From: Desulfolutivibrio sp.
GTDB lineage: Bacteria > Desulfobacterota > Desulfovibrionia > Desulfovibrionales > Desulfovibrionaceae
Reading direction: 5' to 3'
DNA: 64,000 bases
Assembly: GCF_036584575.1 (NCBI RefSeq)
Contig: NZ_JAZHDB010000091.1
Coordinates: forward strand, 1,246 to 65,245
The notes beneath the pieces are model-generated. The model was not told where the DNA came from. It saw nothing but the letters and a program-made list of their open reading frames with translations, and made no database searches. A program made the position numbers and the translations under genes. Position 1 is the stretch's first letter, and each line of letters begins with the position of its first letter. Shown here piece after piece: positions 1 through 8,390 of this stretch.

Positions 1-2
1 TC

Positions 3-374
3 GTGGCCGCCGTGGCCGACCTGGACATGGGGGCCCGACTGGTCAACCGCATGGCCCCCGAGCACCTGGAATTGGCCGTGGCCGACCCCTTCGCGCTGCT
101 GGGAAAAATCCGCCACGCCGGGGCCATCTTCATGGGGCACATGTCGGCGGAGCCCGTGGGCGACTATTTCGCCGGTCCCAACCATGTGTTGCCCACCATG
201 GGCACGGCCCGGTTTTCCTCGGGCCTGTCCGTGGCCGCCTTTTGCAAGGAATCGAGCATCATCTCCGCCTCGCCGGATTTCGTACGGGAACACGGCGCAA
301 AAATCGCCCGGCTGGCCCGCCTCGAAGGCCTGGAGGCCCATGCCCGGTCCATGGAATGCCGTTTTGTGAAATAA
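3..374 (+). CDS. hisD: histidinol dehydrogenase, C-terminal part (starts before window)
   Basis: [26 protein letters not shown] and EGLEAHARS motifs. Confidence 0.95.
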   Translation: MAAVADLDMGARLVNRMAPEHLELAVADPFALLGKIRHAGAIFMGHMSAEPVGDYFAGPNHVLPTMGTARFSSGLSVAAFCKESSIISASPDFVREHGAKIARLARLEGLEAHARSMECRFVK

Positions 375-412
375 CGACCCCAAACCGCCCCAAACCGCAA
401 GGACGATCCGCC

Positions 413-1309
413 ATGAACGTGGTGACCACCACCGATATCAAGGAATATCCCCTGGCCTCCCGGGGCAAGGTACGCGATATTTACGAGCTGTCCCCCGAGA
501 CGCTGCTCATCGTGACCACGGATCGCCTCTCGGCCTTCGACGTGGTGCTGCCCGACCCCATCCCCCACAAGGGCATCATCCTCAACAAAATCACTATCTT
601 CTGGATGAACCGCTTCGCCGGGATGATCGACAACCATCTGCTGGCCACGGACCCCGCCGATTTTCCCGCCGCCCTGGCCCCCTACGCCGACATGTTGCGC
701 GGCCGGGCCGTGGTGGTCAAAAAGGCCAGGCCGCTGCCCATCGAATGCATCGTGCGCGGCTACATCACCGGTTCCGGTTGGAAGGACTACCAGGCCACGG
801 GATCGGTCTGCGGCCACGCCCTGCCCGAGGGCCTTGCGGAATCCGCCATGCTGGCCGAGCCGATTTTTACGCCGTCCACCAAGGCGGACCTGGGCAGCCA
901 CGACGAAAACATCACCCTGGCCAAGGCCAAAGACCTGGTCGGCGCCGACATCTTCAACCAGGTGCAGGACATCTCCATCGCCCTCTACTCCGCCGCCCGG
1001 GACCACGCCCGGCAGTGCGGCATCCTCATCGCGGACACCAAGTTTGAGTTCGGCCTGACCGACGCGGGGCTTGTGCTCATCGACGAGGTGCTGACCCCCG
1101 ACTCCTCCCGGTTCTGGCCCGCCGCCGGATACCAGCCCGGACGCGGCCAGCCCAGCTTCGACAAACAGTACGTGCGCGACTGGCTGACGGACATCGGTTT
1201 CAACAAGAAACCGCCCGCGCCGCACCTGCCCGAGGACGTCATCGCCCGCACCCGCTCCAAATACATCGAGGCCTACGAATTTCTGACCGGCGCGAAATTC
1301 GAGCGTTAG
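413..1309 (+). CDS. purC: SAICAR synthetase
   Basis: RGKVRDIY, IECIVRGY, IADTKFEFG, DEVLTPDSSRFW, DKQYVRDWL; ATG at 413 after AAGGA. Confidence 0.96.
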   Translation: MNVVTTTDIKEYPLASRGKVRDIYELSPETLLIVTTDRLSAFDVVLPDPIPHKGIILNKITIFWMNRFAGMIDNHLLATDPADFPAALAPYADMLRGRAVVVKKARPLPIECIVRGYITGSGWKDYQATGSVCGHALPEGLAESAMLAEPIFTPSTKADLGSHDENITLAKAKDLVGADIFNQVQDISIALYSAARDHARQCGILIADTKFEFGLTDAGLVLIDEVLTPDSSRFWPAAGYQPGRGQPSFDKQYVRDWLTDIGFNKKPPAPHLPEDVIARTRSKYIEAYEFLTGAKFER

Positions 1310-1567
1310 CCCGCCGGGGGGAACCTTTTTTGAAAAAAAGGTTCCCCCCGGACCCCCCGCCAAAAAACTTCGGCGCGCTTCGCGTCCGCGTGCGGGAGAA
1401 CTTATGCTCTCCGCACCACCTGGATTTTCGTTGGCGTTTCCGGCGAAGCTTCGCTTTGCCGGAAACGCCAACGATATCAGGGGGTCCTGGGGAAATGATT
1501 TCCCCCGGGCGGGGTTCGGGGCGGCAGCCCCGACGCCAAGCGTGGTTCGGGTCGGCAGCCCCGACGC
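1310..1567. repeat. composite palindromic intergenic element (REP/REPIN-like)
   Basis: hairpin 1314-1351; long hairpin 1428-1473; inverted related unit 1480-1512; near-identical 24-nt direct repeats at 1513-1536 and 1544-1567. Confidence 0.75.
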
Positions 1568-1625
1568 AGGGCGAAAGAAAAAACTTGACCGTGCGGGCTG
1601 CAGGGTTTAGTTATCCGCTTCTCGC

Positions 1626-1702
1626 GCGCCCGTAGCTCAGCTGGATAGAGCGCCGGACTACGAATCCGTAGGTCAGAGGTTCGAATCCTCTCGGGCGCAC
1701 CA
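1626..1702 (+). tRNA. tRNA-Arg (ACG)
   Basis: GCGCCCG/CGGGCGC acceptor stem, anticodon loop CT-ACG-AA, GTTCGAATC T-loop, CCA end. Confidence 0.96.
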
Positions 1703-1710
1703 TAAAAATC

Positions 1711-1746
1711 AAGGGATCCGTCGAAAGACCGGTCCCTTTTTTTATT
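1711..1746 (+). terminator. intrinsic terminator after tRNA-Arg
   Basis: AAGGGA...TCCCTT stem followed by a T run. Confidence 0.7.
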
Positions 1747-1919
1747 CCCGCGCCAACGCCATTTTTGCCGGGCGGGCAGCGGCGCGGGCGTGGCGCCATG
1801 GCGGCAAAACGGCAATGCCCTCTTGCCCAGGCGACCGTGATGGCCTACAACGGAAATGCCCTCGAAGACTTTTCCCCTGCCAAACGCCGCCTTCGAGGAA
1901 TCCACCTGGAAGTAGCCCT

Positions 1920-2096
1920 ATGCTTGAAATCATCATTTATATTTTCGCCTCGATAGCCCTGGTCGTCGCTGCGGTCTTCATGGTCACCCGGCTGCGGCCC
2001 GGGTCTAATGATTCCATAGGTTCTTTCGACTTCGGCAAGTTCAAGACCCGCGAAATCAACAAGCGCGGCGTCCACGACAAGACGCGGTGGCATTAG
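1920..2096 (+). CDS. small single-TM hypothetical protein (58 aa)
   Basis: MLEIIIYIFASIALVVAAVFMV hydrophobic N-terminus, basic C-tail. Confidence 0.55.
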   Translation: MLEIIIYIFASIALVVAAVFMVTRLRPGSNDSIGSFDFGKFKTREINKRGVHDKTRWH

Positions 2097-2215
2097 CGTC
2101 CCTGGCGGAAAAAGAAACCGGCCGACCCTTCCTCCCCCCCACGGAATCGTGGCGGGCGGCGTTCTCGCTTCGAATCCGCGTGTTTCCCCATCCCGGCAGG
2201 CCCCGCCCAGAGCCC

Positions 2216-2243
2216 TTGACACGGAGAACGAAAAGGTTATTTT
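2216..2243 (+). promoter_or_regulatory. sigma70-type promoter for riboswitch leader
   Basis: TTGACA-N16-TATTTT just upstream of the aptamer. Confidence 0.65.
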
Positions 2244-2251
2244 GAAACTCC

Positions 2252-2348
2252 TTGAAGGGGAGTAGCTCTTTCGGGCAAGGTCAACAGCACTGCGCTACCC
2301 GGCGCTTGGCCTTGCCGTCGACGCCAGTCGACGAGCGAGACCTTCTGC
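2252..2348 (+). ncRNA. yybP-ykoY manganese riboswitch aptamer
   Basis: GAAGG-GGAGTAGC ... TCAACA ... GCGAGA-CCTTC signature; P1 GAAGG/CCTTC; upstream of a terC-containing unit. Confidence 0.88.
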
Positions 2349-2379
2349 ATGAGCAATCATGCTGGAAGTCTCGTTTTTT
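2336..2379 (+). terminator. riboswitch expression-platform terminator
   Basis: CGAGACCTTC-T-GCATGA-GCAA-TCATGC-T-GGAAGTCTCG-TTTTTT, overlapping the 3' strand of P1. Confidence 0.75.
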
Positions 2380-2418
2380 ATTTGGGGACCTCCAGCAGAA
2401 ACCAGACTGGAGGCTTCC

Positions 2419-3438
2419 ATGCATCACCATCCGCCATCCCTCGTCAAACCGGCCGCCGATTGGCGGCAAACCGCCGCCCGCCTCGCGACGTTTCTGCGCC
2501 GCATCGGCATCCCGCTCCTCGCTTTGTGCCTGCTCCTTGCGGCCGTGGACATGGCCGAGGCCAAGCGCGTCGGCGGCGGCAGATCCTTCGGCAGCCGGGA
2601 CACCTATTCCAAGCCCTACGACAAGCCGACCGCGCCGGATCGCAACTCCTCAACCTTCAATCAGCAGGCCGCCCCGAACCAGCCGGGCAGCCCGGCGGCC
2701 CCAGGCGCGCCCGGCGCCAGACCCGGCTTGTTCGGCGGCATGGGCGGCATGGGCGGCATGTTCGGCGGCCTGCTCATGGGCGGGCTCATCGGCTCGATGC
2801 TGTCCGGCGGCGGCATGGGCGGCGGCTTCGGCATCCTGGAGATTCTGCTCCTTGGCGGCGGCGCGTATCTGCTCTTCAGGCTCTTTTTGGGGCGAAAGGC
2901 AGCCCCCACGCGGCAGGCCGCGTCCGGCGGCGAGCGTTTCGCCTACGCCACGGGCCCTGGCGGCGCTCCGGACGCCGACCGGGCGCCGGACGGCTGGGGC
3001 GCGCTTAACGCCACGCCCCCGGGCCAGGATCGGGTTGAAACGGCCTCATCCCCGGTCATGCCCGCAGGCCTGGACGAGGCCGAGTTTCTGGACGGGGTCA
3101 AGGCCCTCTACGCCCGGCTTCAGGCCTCCTGGGACAGGCGCGACCTGGACGACATCCGGCAGTTCACCAGCCCCGAGGTGTTTTCCGAGATCACCCGGCA
3201 GGCCCAGGAAGACCCGACCCCGGGCAAGACCGACATCCTCATGGTCGAGGCCCGGGTGCTCGAGGCCGGTTCGCAGGGCGGCCAGACCGTGATCACGGTT
3301 TTTTTCGACGTCCTTTTGCGCGAGGACCGGGCGGCTGACGCCCCCAGCCAGGTCCGCGAGGTTTGGCGCATCAGCCGCGACGAAAAGGCCCCCAAGCCGT
3401 CCTGGACCCTTGAGGGCATCCAGCAGTTGGCCATGTAA
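2419..3438 (+). CDS. Tim44-like domain membrane protein
   Basis: AEAKRVGGGRSFG after a signal-like segment, Gly-rich TM region, C-terminal FLDGVKALYARLQASWD...EVWRI...WTLEGIQQ; GGAGG RBS before ATG 2419. Confidence 0.85.
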   Translation: MHHHPPSLVKPAADWRQTAARLATFLRRIGIPLLALCLLLAAVDMAEAKRVGGGRSFGSRDTYSKPYDKPTAPDRNSSTFNQQAAPNQPGSPAAPGAPGARPGLFGGMGGMGGMFGGLLMGGLIGSMLSGGGMGGGFGILEILLLGGGAYLLFRLFLGRKAAPTRQAASGGERFAYATGPGGAPDADRAPDGWGALNATPPGQDRVETASSPVMPAGLDEAEFLDGVKALYARLQASWDRRDLDDIRQFTSPEVFSEITRQAQEDPTPGKTDILMVEARVLEAGSQGGQTVITVFFDVLLREDRAADAPSQVREVWRISRDEKAPKPSWTLEGIQQLAM

Positions 3439-3552
3439 GGCGCGACGCCATCAGAAAAAGCCGGGCCGGGCCGTCACTGACGACGCCCCGGCCCCGGGGC
3501 TTCGCCCTTCAAAACGATGAACCGGTTCTCGGAACCGATCCGGAGAGACATT

Positions 3553-4722
3553 TTGGGAACGGCCTGGATGTGGATAGGATTTAATGTGTTGGTCCTGGCG
3601 CTTCTGGCCCTGGACCTCGGCGTGCTGCACCGCAAGGGGCGCGAGATCGGCGTGCGCGAGGCGCTGCTTTTGAGCCTGGGCTATGTGGCTCTGGCCCTTT
3701 CCTTCGGCGTCGGCATCTATCATCTGCTCGGGCCGCAGGCCGGGAAGGAATATCTCACCGGCTACCTCATCGAGAAAAGCCTGTCCATCGACAACATCTT
3801 CGTGTTCGTGCTGATTTTCCTGCACTTTTCCGTTCCGCGCCGCAGCCAGCACACGGTTTTGTTCTGGGGCATCCTGGGCGCGCTGGTGCTGCGCGGGTCG
3901 CTCATCGTGGCCGGGGCGGCGATCCTTAGCGCCTTCCATTGGGTCATCTACGTGTTCGGGGCCTTTTTGGTGTTCACGGGGATCAAGATGCTGGTGACCG
4001 TGGGGCAGGAACCGGACATCGCCCAAAACCGCATCAACCGGTTCATGCGCCGCCATTTCCGGGTGACCGGCGGCTTCGAGGGGCAGCGGTTTTTTGTGCG
4101 GCGAAACGGACTGACGTACATCACGCCGCTTTTCATCGTGCTGGCGCTGATCGAGATCACGGACGTGGTCTTCGCCCTGGACTCCATCCCGGCCATCTTC
4201 GCCATCACCACCGACCCGTTCATCATCTATACCTCCAACGTCTTCGCCATCCTGGGGCTTCGGGCGCTGTATTTCGCCCTGGCCGGCATCATCCACCGCT
4301 TCCACTACCTCAAATACGGCCTGTCGCTGGTGCTGGTGCTGGTGGGGGTGAAGATGATCGTGAACGCCTGGTTCGGCGGCAAGGTGATCTCCACGGAACT
4401 GGCCCTCTCGGCCACGGCTGGGATCATCGCCCTCTCCGTGCTGGTTTCGATGATGAAGACCCGGGCCACGCCCGGCGCGGAGGAAAAGCGCGAGGCGGCG
4501 CGGTGGTGGGTGCCGGGAAGTCCGGCCAAAGCTGAGACTGAGACGGCGGCGGCTGGTGATGCTGCGGCTGATGCTGTGGGTGCGGCTGATGCTGCGGGCG
4601 GGGCTGCGGTTGATGCTGGGATTGCGGCCAGGACGACGGCTGCGACTGCGGGTAAGGCGGCTGCGGCCGAAGACGCGACAACGCCCCGGCCCGGGGATAC
4701 GGACGTGCCGCCGAAGGGTTGA
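3553..4722 (+). CDS. terC: TerC/Alx-family membrane protein (putative Mn exporter) with Ala/Asp-rich tail
   Basis: LALDLG, YLIEKSLSIDNIFVF, DVVFALDSIPAIFAIT, SNVFAILGLRALYF; start uncertain (TTG 3553 after GGAGAG; ORF open from 3517). Confidence 0.9.
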   Translation: MGTAWMWIGFNVLVLALLALDLGVLHRKGREIGVREALLLSLGYVALALSFGVGIYHLLGPQAGKEYLTGYLIEKSLSIDNIFVFVLIFLHFSVPRRSQHTVLFWGILGALVLRGSLIVAGAAILSAFHWVIYVFGAFLVFTGIKMLVTVGQEPDIAQNRINRFMRRHFRVTGGFEGQRFFVRRNGLTYITPLFIVLALIEITDVVFALDSIPAIFAITTDPFIIYTSNVFAILGLRALYFALAGIIHRFHYLKYGLSLVLVLVGVKMIVNAWFGGKVISTELALSATAGIIALSVLVSMMKTRATPGAEEKREAARWWVPGSPAKAETETAAAGDAAADAVGAADAAGGAAVDAGIAARTTAATAGKAAAAEDATTPRPGDTDVPPKG

Positions 4723-4844
4723 TGCGGGCGGGATGTTCTTGCAAACCGCGCGGCACGTCGCAAAGTATGGTCGCGCCGGGCGGTCGCTGCACGCGCCCCC
4801 CGGCGCTCCTGACGCGGAACATGCCCATCGCCTGGAAATCGCAC

Positions 4845-4876
4845 AGGGCCACCCCACTCCGGGGCGGCCCTTTTTC
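4845..4876 (+). terminator. terminator hairpin after terC
   Basis: AGGGCCACCCC-ACTCC-GGGGCGGCCCT followed by TTTT. Confidence 0.7.
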
Positions 4877-5132
4877 ATGCCCGAAGCTGTTCCCAGGCCA
4901 CGCCCATGGCGGCGGCGATCTTTTTCAGCGTTGCCACGCGGGGATGCGCGGCGAGTATACGGCATAAACAGCTTGGCATTATGCGTCATTTTCTCTGAAG
5001 ATCGCTTCTCGGTCACGGACCCGACGCAGACGCGGATATGGAAGCAGCCTAATCGCTCCCCCGTAGGGGCGGCAGTGTCAGGTAAATACTATCACTGTAC
5101 ATCTGATTAACAATTCTTTTACTGAACAAACT

Positions 5133-5945
5133 CTATCTTGTATCGACATCCTCTAACCGAGAACTTTTTAACAGGAACACCCTCAAATCAACTTTCGATT
5201 GAAAATTTAAACTTTCACTATGGAACTCTGCAACCCCATTTAATATTTTATCAAGCCGATCTTCTCTGTCAGTAACGATTGAAAAAACAAACAAAATATT
5301 CCTGTTCAATGGAACCGGAACCCCATCGACAAACTGTTTTGCACGATATACAAAATTATCAATCTTATCCTTAACAGTAGCACCCATACGAGTAAAAAAA
5401 ATATCTAACACAACAGCTCTATCTTTACCATATGACACAGCATCAAATACAACTTTTGAATTTTCTTTCAAAGCAAGATACCGATCGAAATTTAATCGCA
5501 TTTCGCGTGATATCTTTTCAATTACGAGATCTTTAACATATATACTATACCCTCGATAACTGACGACAAATGAATTATTGTTTACACTAGACAGGTTTTG
5601 AATTTTCTCTGAAAATATTGTACAATCCTCTGATTCAGATGCCACTTCACTTTCATTGTCGAGCTTACTCATCGCATCAATATACGGTCTATGCTGCAGA
5701 ATATCTTTAAAAATCTCATCATTGCTAAAGTCAGAAGGCGCATACAACACATGATGTTTTAATACCAACACACCGAAAAATAACAATAGAAGAACAATTG
5801 GGAAAAACATCAAAAAATATACATATACTAGTTGAGTTTCAAGAGGAATCAAAGGAAGAATGACAGTTCCACTCACTTCTGCCAATGCCGCAAAAATTGC
5901 GACAATGGTCAATGGATTACGAATATGCCCAACATGTTCAACCAT
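5133..5945 (-). CDS. AT-rich hypothetical protein with two N-terminal TM helices
   Basis: 270-codon ORF filling an AT-rich islet; NPLTIVAIFAALAEV...LYAPSDF hydrophobic block. Confidence 0.75.
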   Translation of the reverse strand: MVEHVGHIRNPLTIVAIFAALAEVSGTVILPLIPLETQLVYVYFLMFFPIVLLLLFFGVLVLKHHVLYAPSDFSNDEIFKDILQHRPYIDAMSKLDNESEVASESEDCTIFSEKIQNLSSVNNNSFVVSYRGYSIYVKDLVIEKISREMRLNFDRYLALKENSKVVFDAVSYGKDRAVVLDIFFTRMGATVKDKIDNFVYRAKQFVDGVPVPLNRNILFVFSIVTDREDRLDKILNGVAEFHSESLNFQSKVDLRVFLLKSSRLEDVDTR

Positions 5946-6051
5946 CACCCACCCCAAAGACCAATATAACCACAATTCATATCAGATATATATACTTATT
6001 AATCAAGACAAACGATATGTGTCAAGTAAATCATTTACCATTCTACACGAC

Positions 6052-6083
6052 CAAAAAGGGCCACCCCTCTCGGGGCGGCCCTT
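6052..6083 (-). terminator. terminator hairpin after acs
   Basis: AAAAAGGGCCACCCC-TCTC-GGGGCGGCCCTT. Confidence 0.7.
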
Positions 6084-6126
6084 CCATTTTTCTTTTCTCC
6101 GGCCTTTCGCCGGAACCCACTCGGCG

Positions 6127-8109
6127 CTAACTCATCAACCGCTTCTTGCCGTCGATAAGCTCCCCAACCACGCTCGGATCGGCCAGGGTCGAGGTATCGC
6201 CAAGGCTCTCGGTCTCGTCCGAGGCGATCTTGCGCAGGATGCGCCGCATGATCTTGCCGCTACGGGTCTTGGGCAGCCCCGGCGCGAACTGGATCACCTC
6301 CGGCTGCGCGATGGGGCCGATCTCCTTGCGGACATGGACCTTGAGCGCCTTCAAAAGCTCCTCGTCCTCTTCGAAGCCCGCCTTGAGCGTCACATAGGCA
6401 TAGATGCTCTGGCCCTTGACGTCGTGCGGCATGCCCACCACCGCCGCCTCGGCCACGGTCGGGTGCGACACCAGCGCCGACTCGATCTCGGCCGTGCCCA
6501 TGCGGTGCCCGGACACGTTGATCACGTCGTCCACGCGGCCCATGATCCAGAAATAGCCGTCCGTGTCCCGGCGCGCGCCGTCGCCGCTCTCGTAGACGCC
6601 CTTAAACCCCGCGAAATACTGCTGCTTGAAGCGGGCCGGGTCGCCCCACACCCCGCGCAGCATGCCCGGCCAGGGTTTGCGGATGACCAGAAACCCGCCG
6701 TCGCCAAGCGGCGCTTCCTGGCCCTCGGAGTTGACGATGGCCGCATCCACGCCCGGCAGCGGCAGCGTGGCCGACCCGGGCTTGAGCGGCGTGGCGAACG
6801 GCAGGGCCGAGATCATGAGCCCGCCGGTCTCGGTCTGCCACCAGGTATCCACGATGGGCAGTTTCCCCTTGCCGATGTGCTCATGGTACCACATCCAGGC
6901 CTCGGGGTTGATGGGCTCGCCCACGGACCCCAGCACCCGCAGCGACGACAGGTCGTGGTTCTCGGTCCACTGCGGCCCGGAGCGCATCAGCGACCGGATG
7001 ACGGTGGGCGCGGTGTAGAAGATGTTGACCCCGAATTTTTCACATATCTGCCAGAAGCGGTCCGGGCCCGGATAGGTGGGCACGCCCTCGAACATAAGCG
7101 AGGTGGCCCCAAGCGCCAGCGGCCCGTAGACGATATAGGAATGGCCCGTGACCCAGCCGATGTCCGCCGTACACCAGTGGATGTCGCTCTCATGCACGTC
7201 GAAGACCCACTGGGTGGTGTGGGCCACATAGGTCAGGTAGCCGCCGGTGGTGTGGTAGACGCCCTTGGGCTTGCCCGTGGAGCCGCTGGTATACAGGATG
7301 AACAGCACGTCCTCGGCGTCCATGTGCTCGGGCTCGCAGTGGGCGGTGATGTCCGGCGCGGCCATCTCTTCGTGCCACCAGGTGTCGCGGCCCTCGACCA
7401 TCTCCACGGCGTTGCCGCCGTGTTTGAGGACGATGCATTTTTCAACGGTGGGGCATTCCGAAAGCGCCGCGTCGGCGTTTTGCTTCAGAGGTATGGTCTT
7501 CCCGGCCCGGATGACGGCGTCGCTGCACACCAGGATCTTGGACTGGCAGTCGTTGATGCGGTCACGCAGGCTGTGGGCGGAAAATCCGGCGAACACGATG
7601 CTGTGCGGCGCGCCGATGCGGGCGCAGGCCAGCATGGCGATGGCCAGTTCGGGGACCATGGGCAGATAGAGGCTGACCCGGTCGCCGCGTTTGACGCCCA
7701 TTTTCTTCAGCACATTGGCGAAGCGGCAGACCTCGTCATGGAGCATCTGGTAGGTGTAGACGCGTACGTCCTTGTCGGCCTCGCCCTGCCAGATGATGGC
7801 CGCCTTGTTGCGCCGCCCGTTTTCCAGGTGCCGGTCCAGGCAGTTGTAGGCCACATTGAGCTCGCCGCCCGCGAACCACTTGATTTCGGCGGTGTCGAAG
7901 CTCCATTCCAGGGTCTTGTCCCACTTCTTGTACCAGGTCAGAAGCTCGGTGGTCCGGTCGGACCAGAAGCCCTCCGGATCCTCCATGGACCGCTTGTATA
8001 CCGCGCGGTATTCGTCAAGGCTTTTGATATAGGCGTTTTCCCGTCCGACCATGGGCGGTTCGAACACGCGATCCTCATGCATCATGCTCTCAATTTTCTC
8101 CGAAGTCAT
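6127..8109 (-). CDS. acs: acetyl-CoA synthetase (AMP-forming)
   Basis: [42 protein letters not shown]. Confidence 0.97.
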   Translation of the reverse strand: MTSEKIESMMHEDRVFEPPMVGRENAYIKSLDEYRAVYKRSMEDPEGFWSDRTTELLTWYKKWDKTLEWSFDTAEIKWFAGGELNVAYNCLDRHLENGRRNKAAIIWQGEADKDVRVYTYQMLHDEVCRFANVLKKMGVKRGDRVSLYLPMVPELAIAMLACARIGAPHSIVFAGFSAHSLRDRINDCQSKILVCSDAVIRAGKTIPLKQNADAALSECPTVEKCIVLKHGGNAVEMVEGRDTWWHEEMAAPDITAHCEPEHMDAEDVLFILYTSGSTGKPKGVYHTTGGYLTYVAHTTQWVFDVHESDIHWCTADIGWVTGHSYIVYGPLALGATSLMFEGVPTYPGPDRFWQICEKFGVNIFYTAPTVIRSLMRSGPQWTENHDLSSLRVLGSVGEPINPEAWMWYHEHIGKGKLPIVDTWWQTETGGLMISALPFATPLKPGSATLPLPGVDAAIVNSEGQEAPLGDGGFLVIRKPWPGMLRGVWGDPARFKQQYFAGFKGVYESGDGARRDTDGYFWIMGRVDDVINVSGHRMGTAEIESALVSHPTVAEAAVVGMPHDVKGQSIYAYVTLKAGFEEDEELLKALKVHVRKEIGPIAQPEVIQFAPGLPKTRSGKIMRRILRKIASDETESLGDTSTLADPSVVGELIDGKKRLMS

Positions 8110-8390
8110 CGTCTTCCCCCGGTTCCTTGGTTAAAACGCATTGCAAACGTGGGCGGAACCTACACGCCCGGCAAACGAATATCCACGCCTTTTCGGTAAA
8201 CGGTTCGGATGCGTCGGTTATACGTTGCGCCCGGACCCGGCCGCGCCGTTTACCGGACCATGCCCGCCGTTTACCGTAGCGGTTCACGATCCGCCGGGGC
8301 CTTGTCCATGAAATCACAAGAGGCGCGGGCCTGTTCCCGGTGCAGGACATGCCGAAATGCGGTGTCCGGCCACGCCCCGGGCAGGACGGA

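Noticed and set aside
1513-1567. 24-nt direct repeats as a mini-CRISPR
   Set aside because: Two copies with a 7-nt spacer and no cas genes in the window.
1653-1669. C-T mismatch at the top of the tRNA-Arg(ACG) anticodon stem
   Set aside because: A single 27-43 mismatch is tolerated in functional tRNAs and the rest of the cloverleaf is intact.
2169-2177. TTCGAATCC matching the tRNA T-loop as a possible att remnant
   Set aside because: Only 9 bp, no acceptor-stem continuation, no integrase.
5860-8199. Long antisense ORFs (also 15471-17777, 28693-31170, 34620-35996, 40359-42971, 46644-48566)
   Set aside because: They mirror well-supported genes on the other strand; typical shadow ORFs of high-GC codon usage, with no recognisable motifs.
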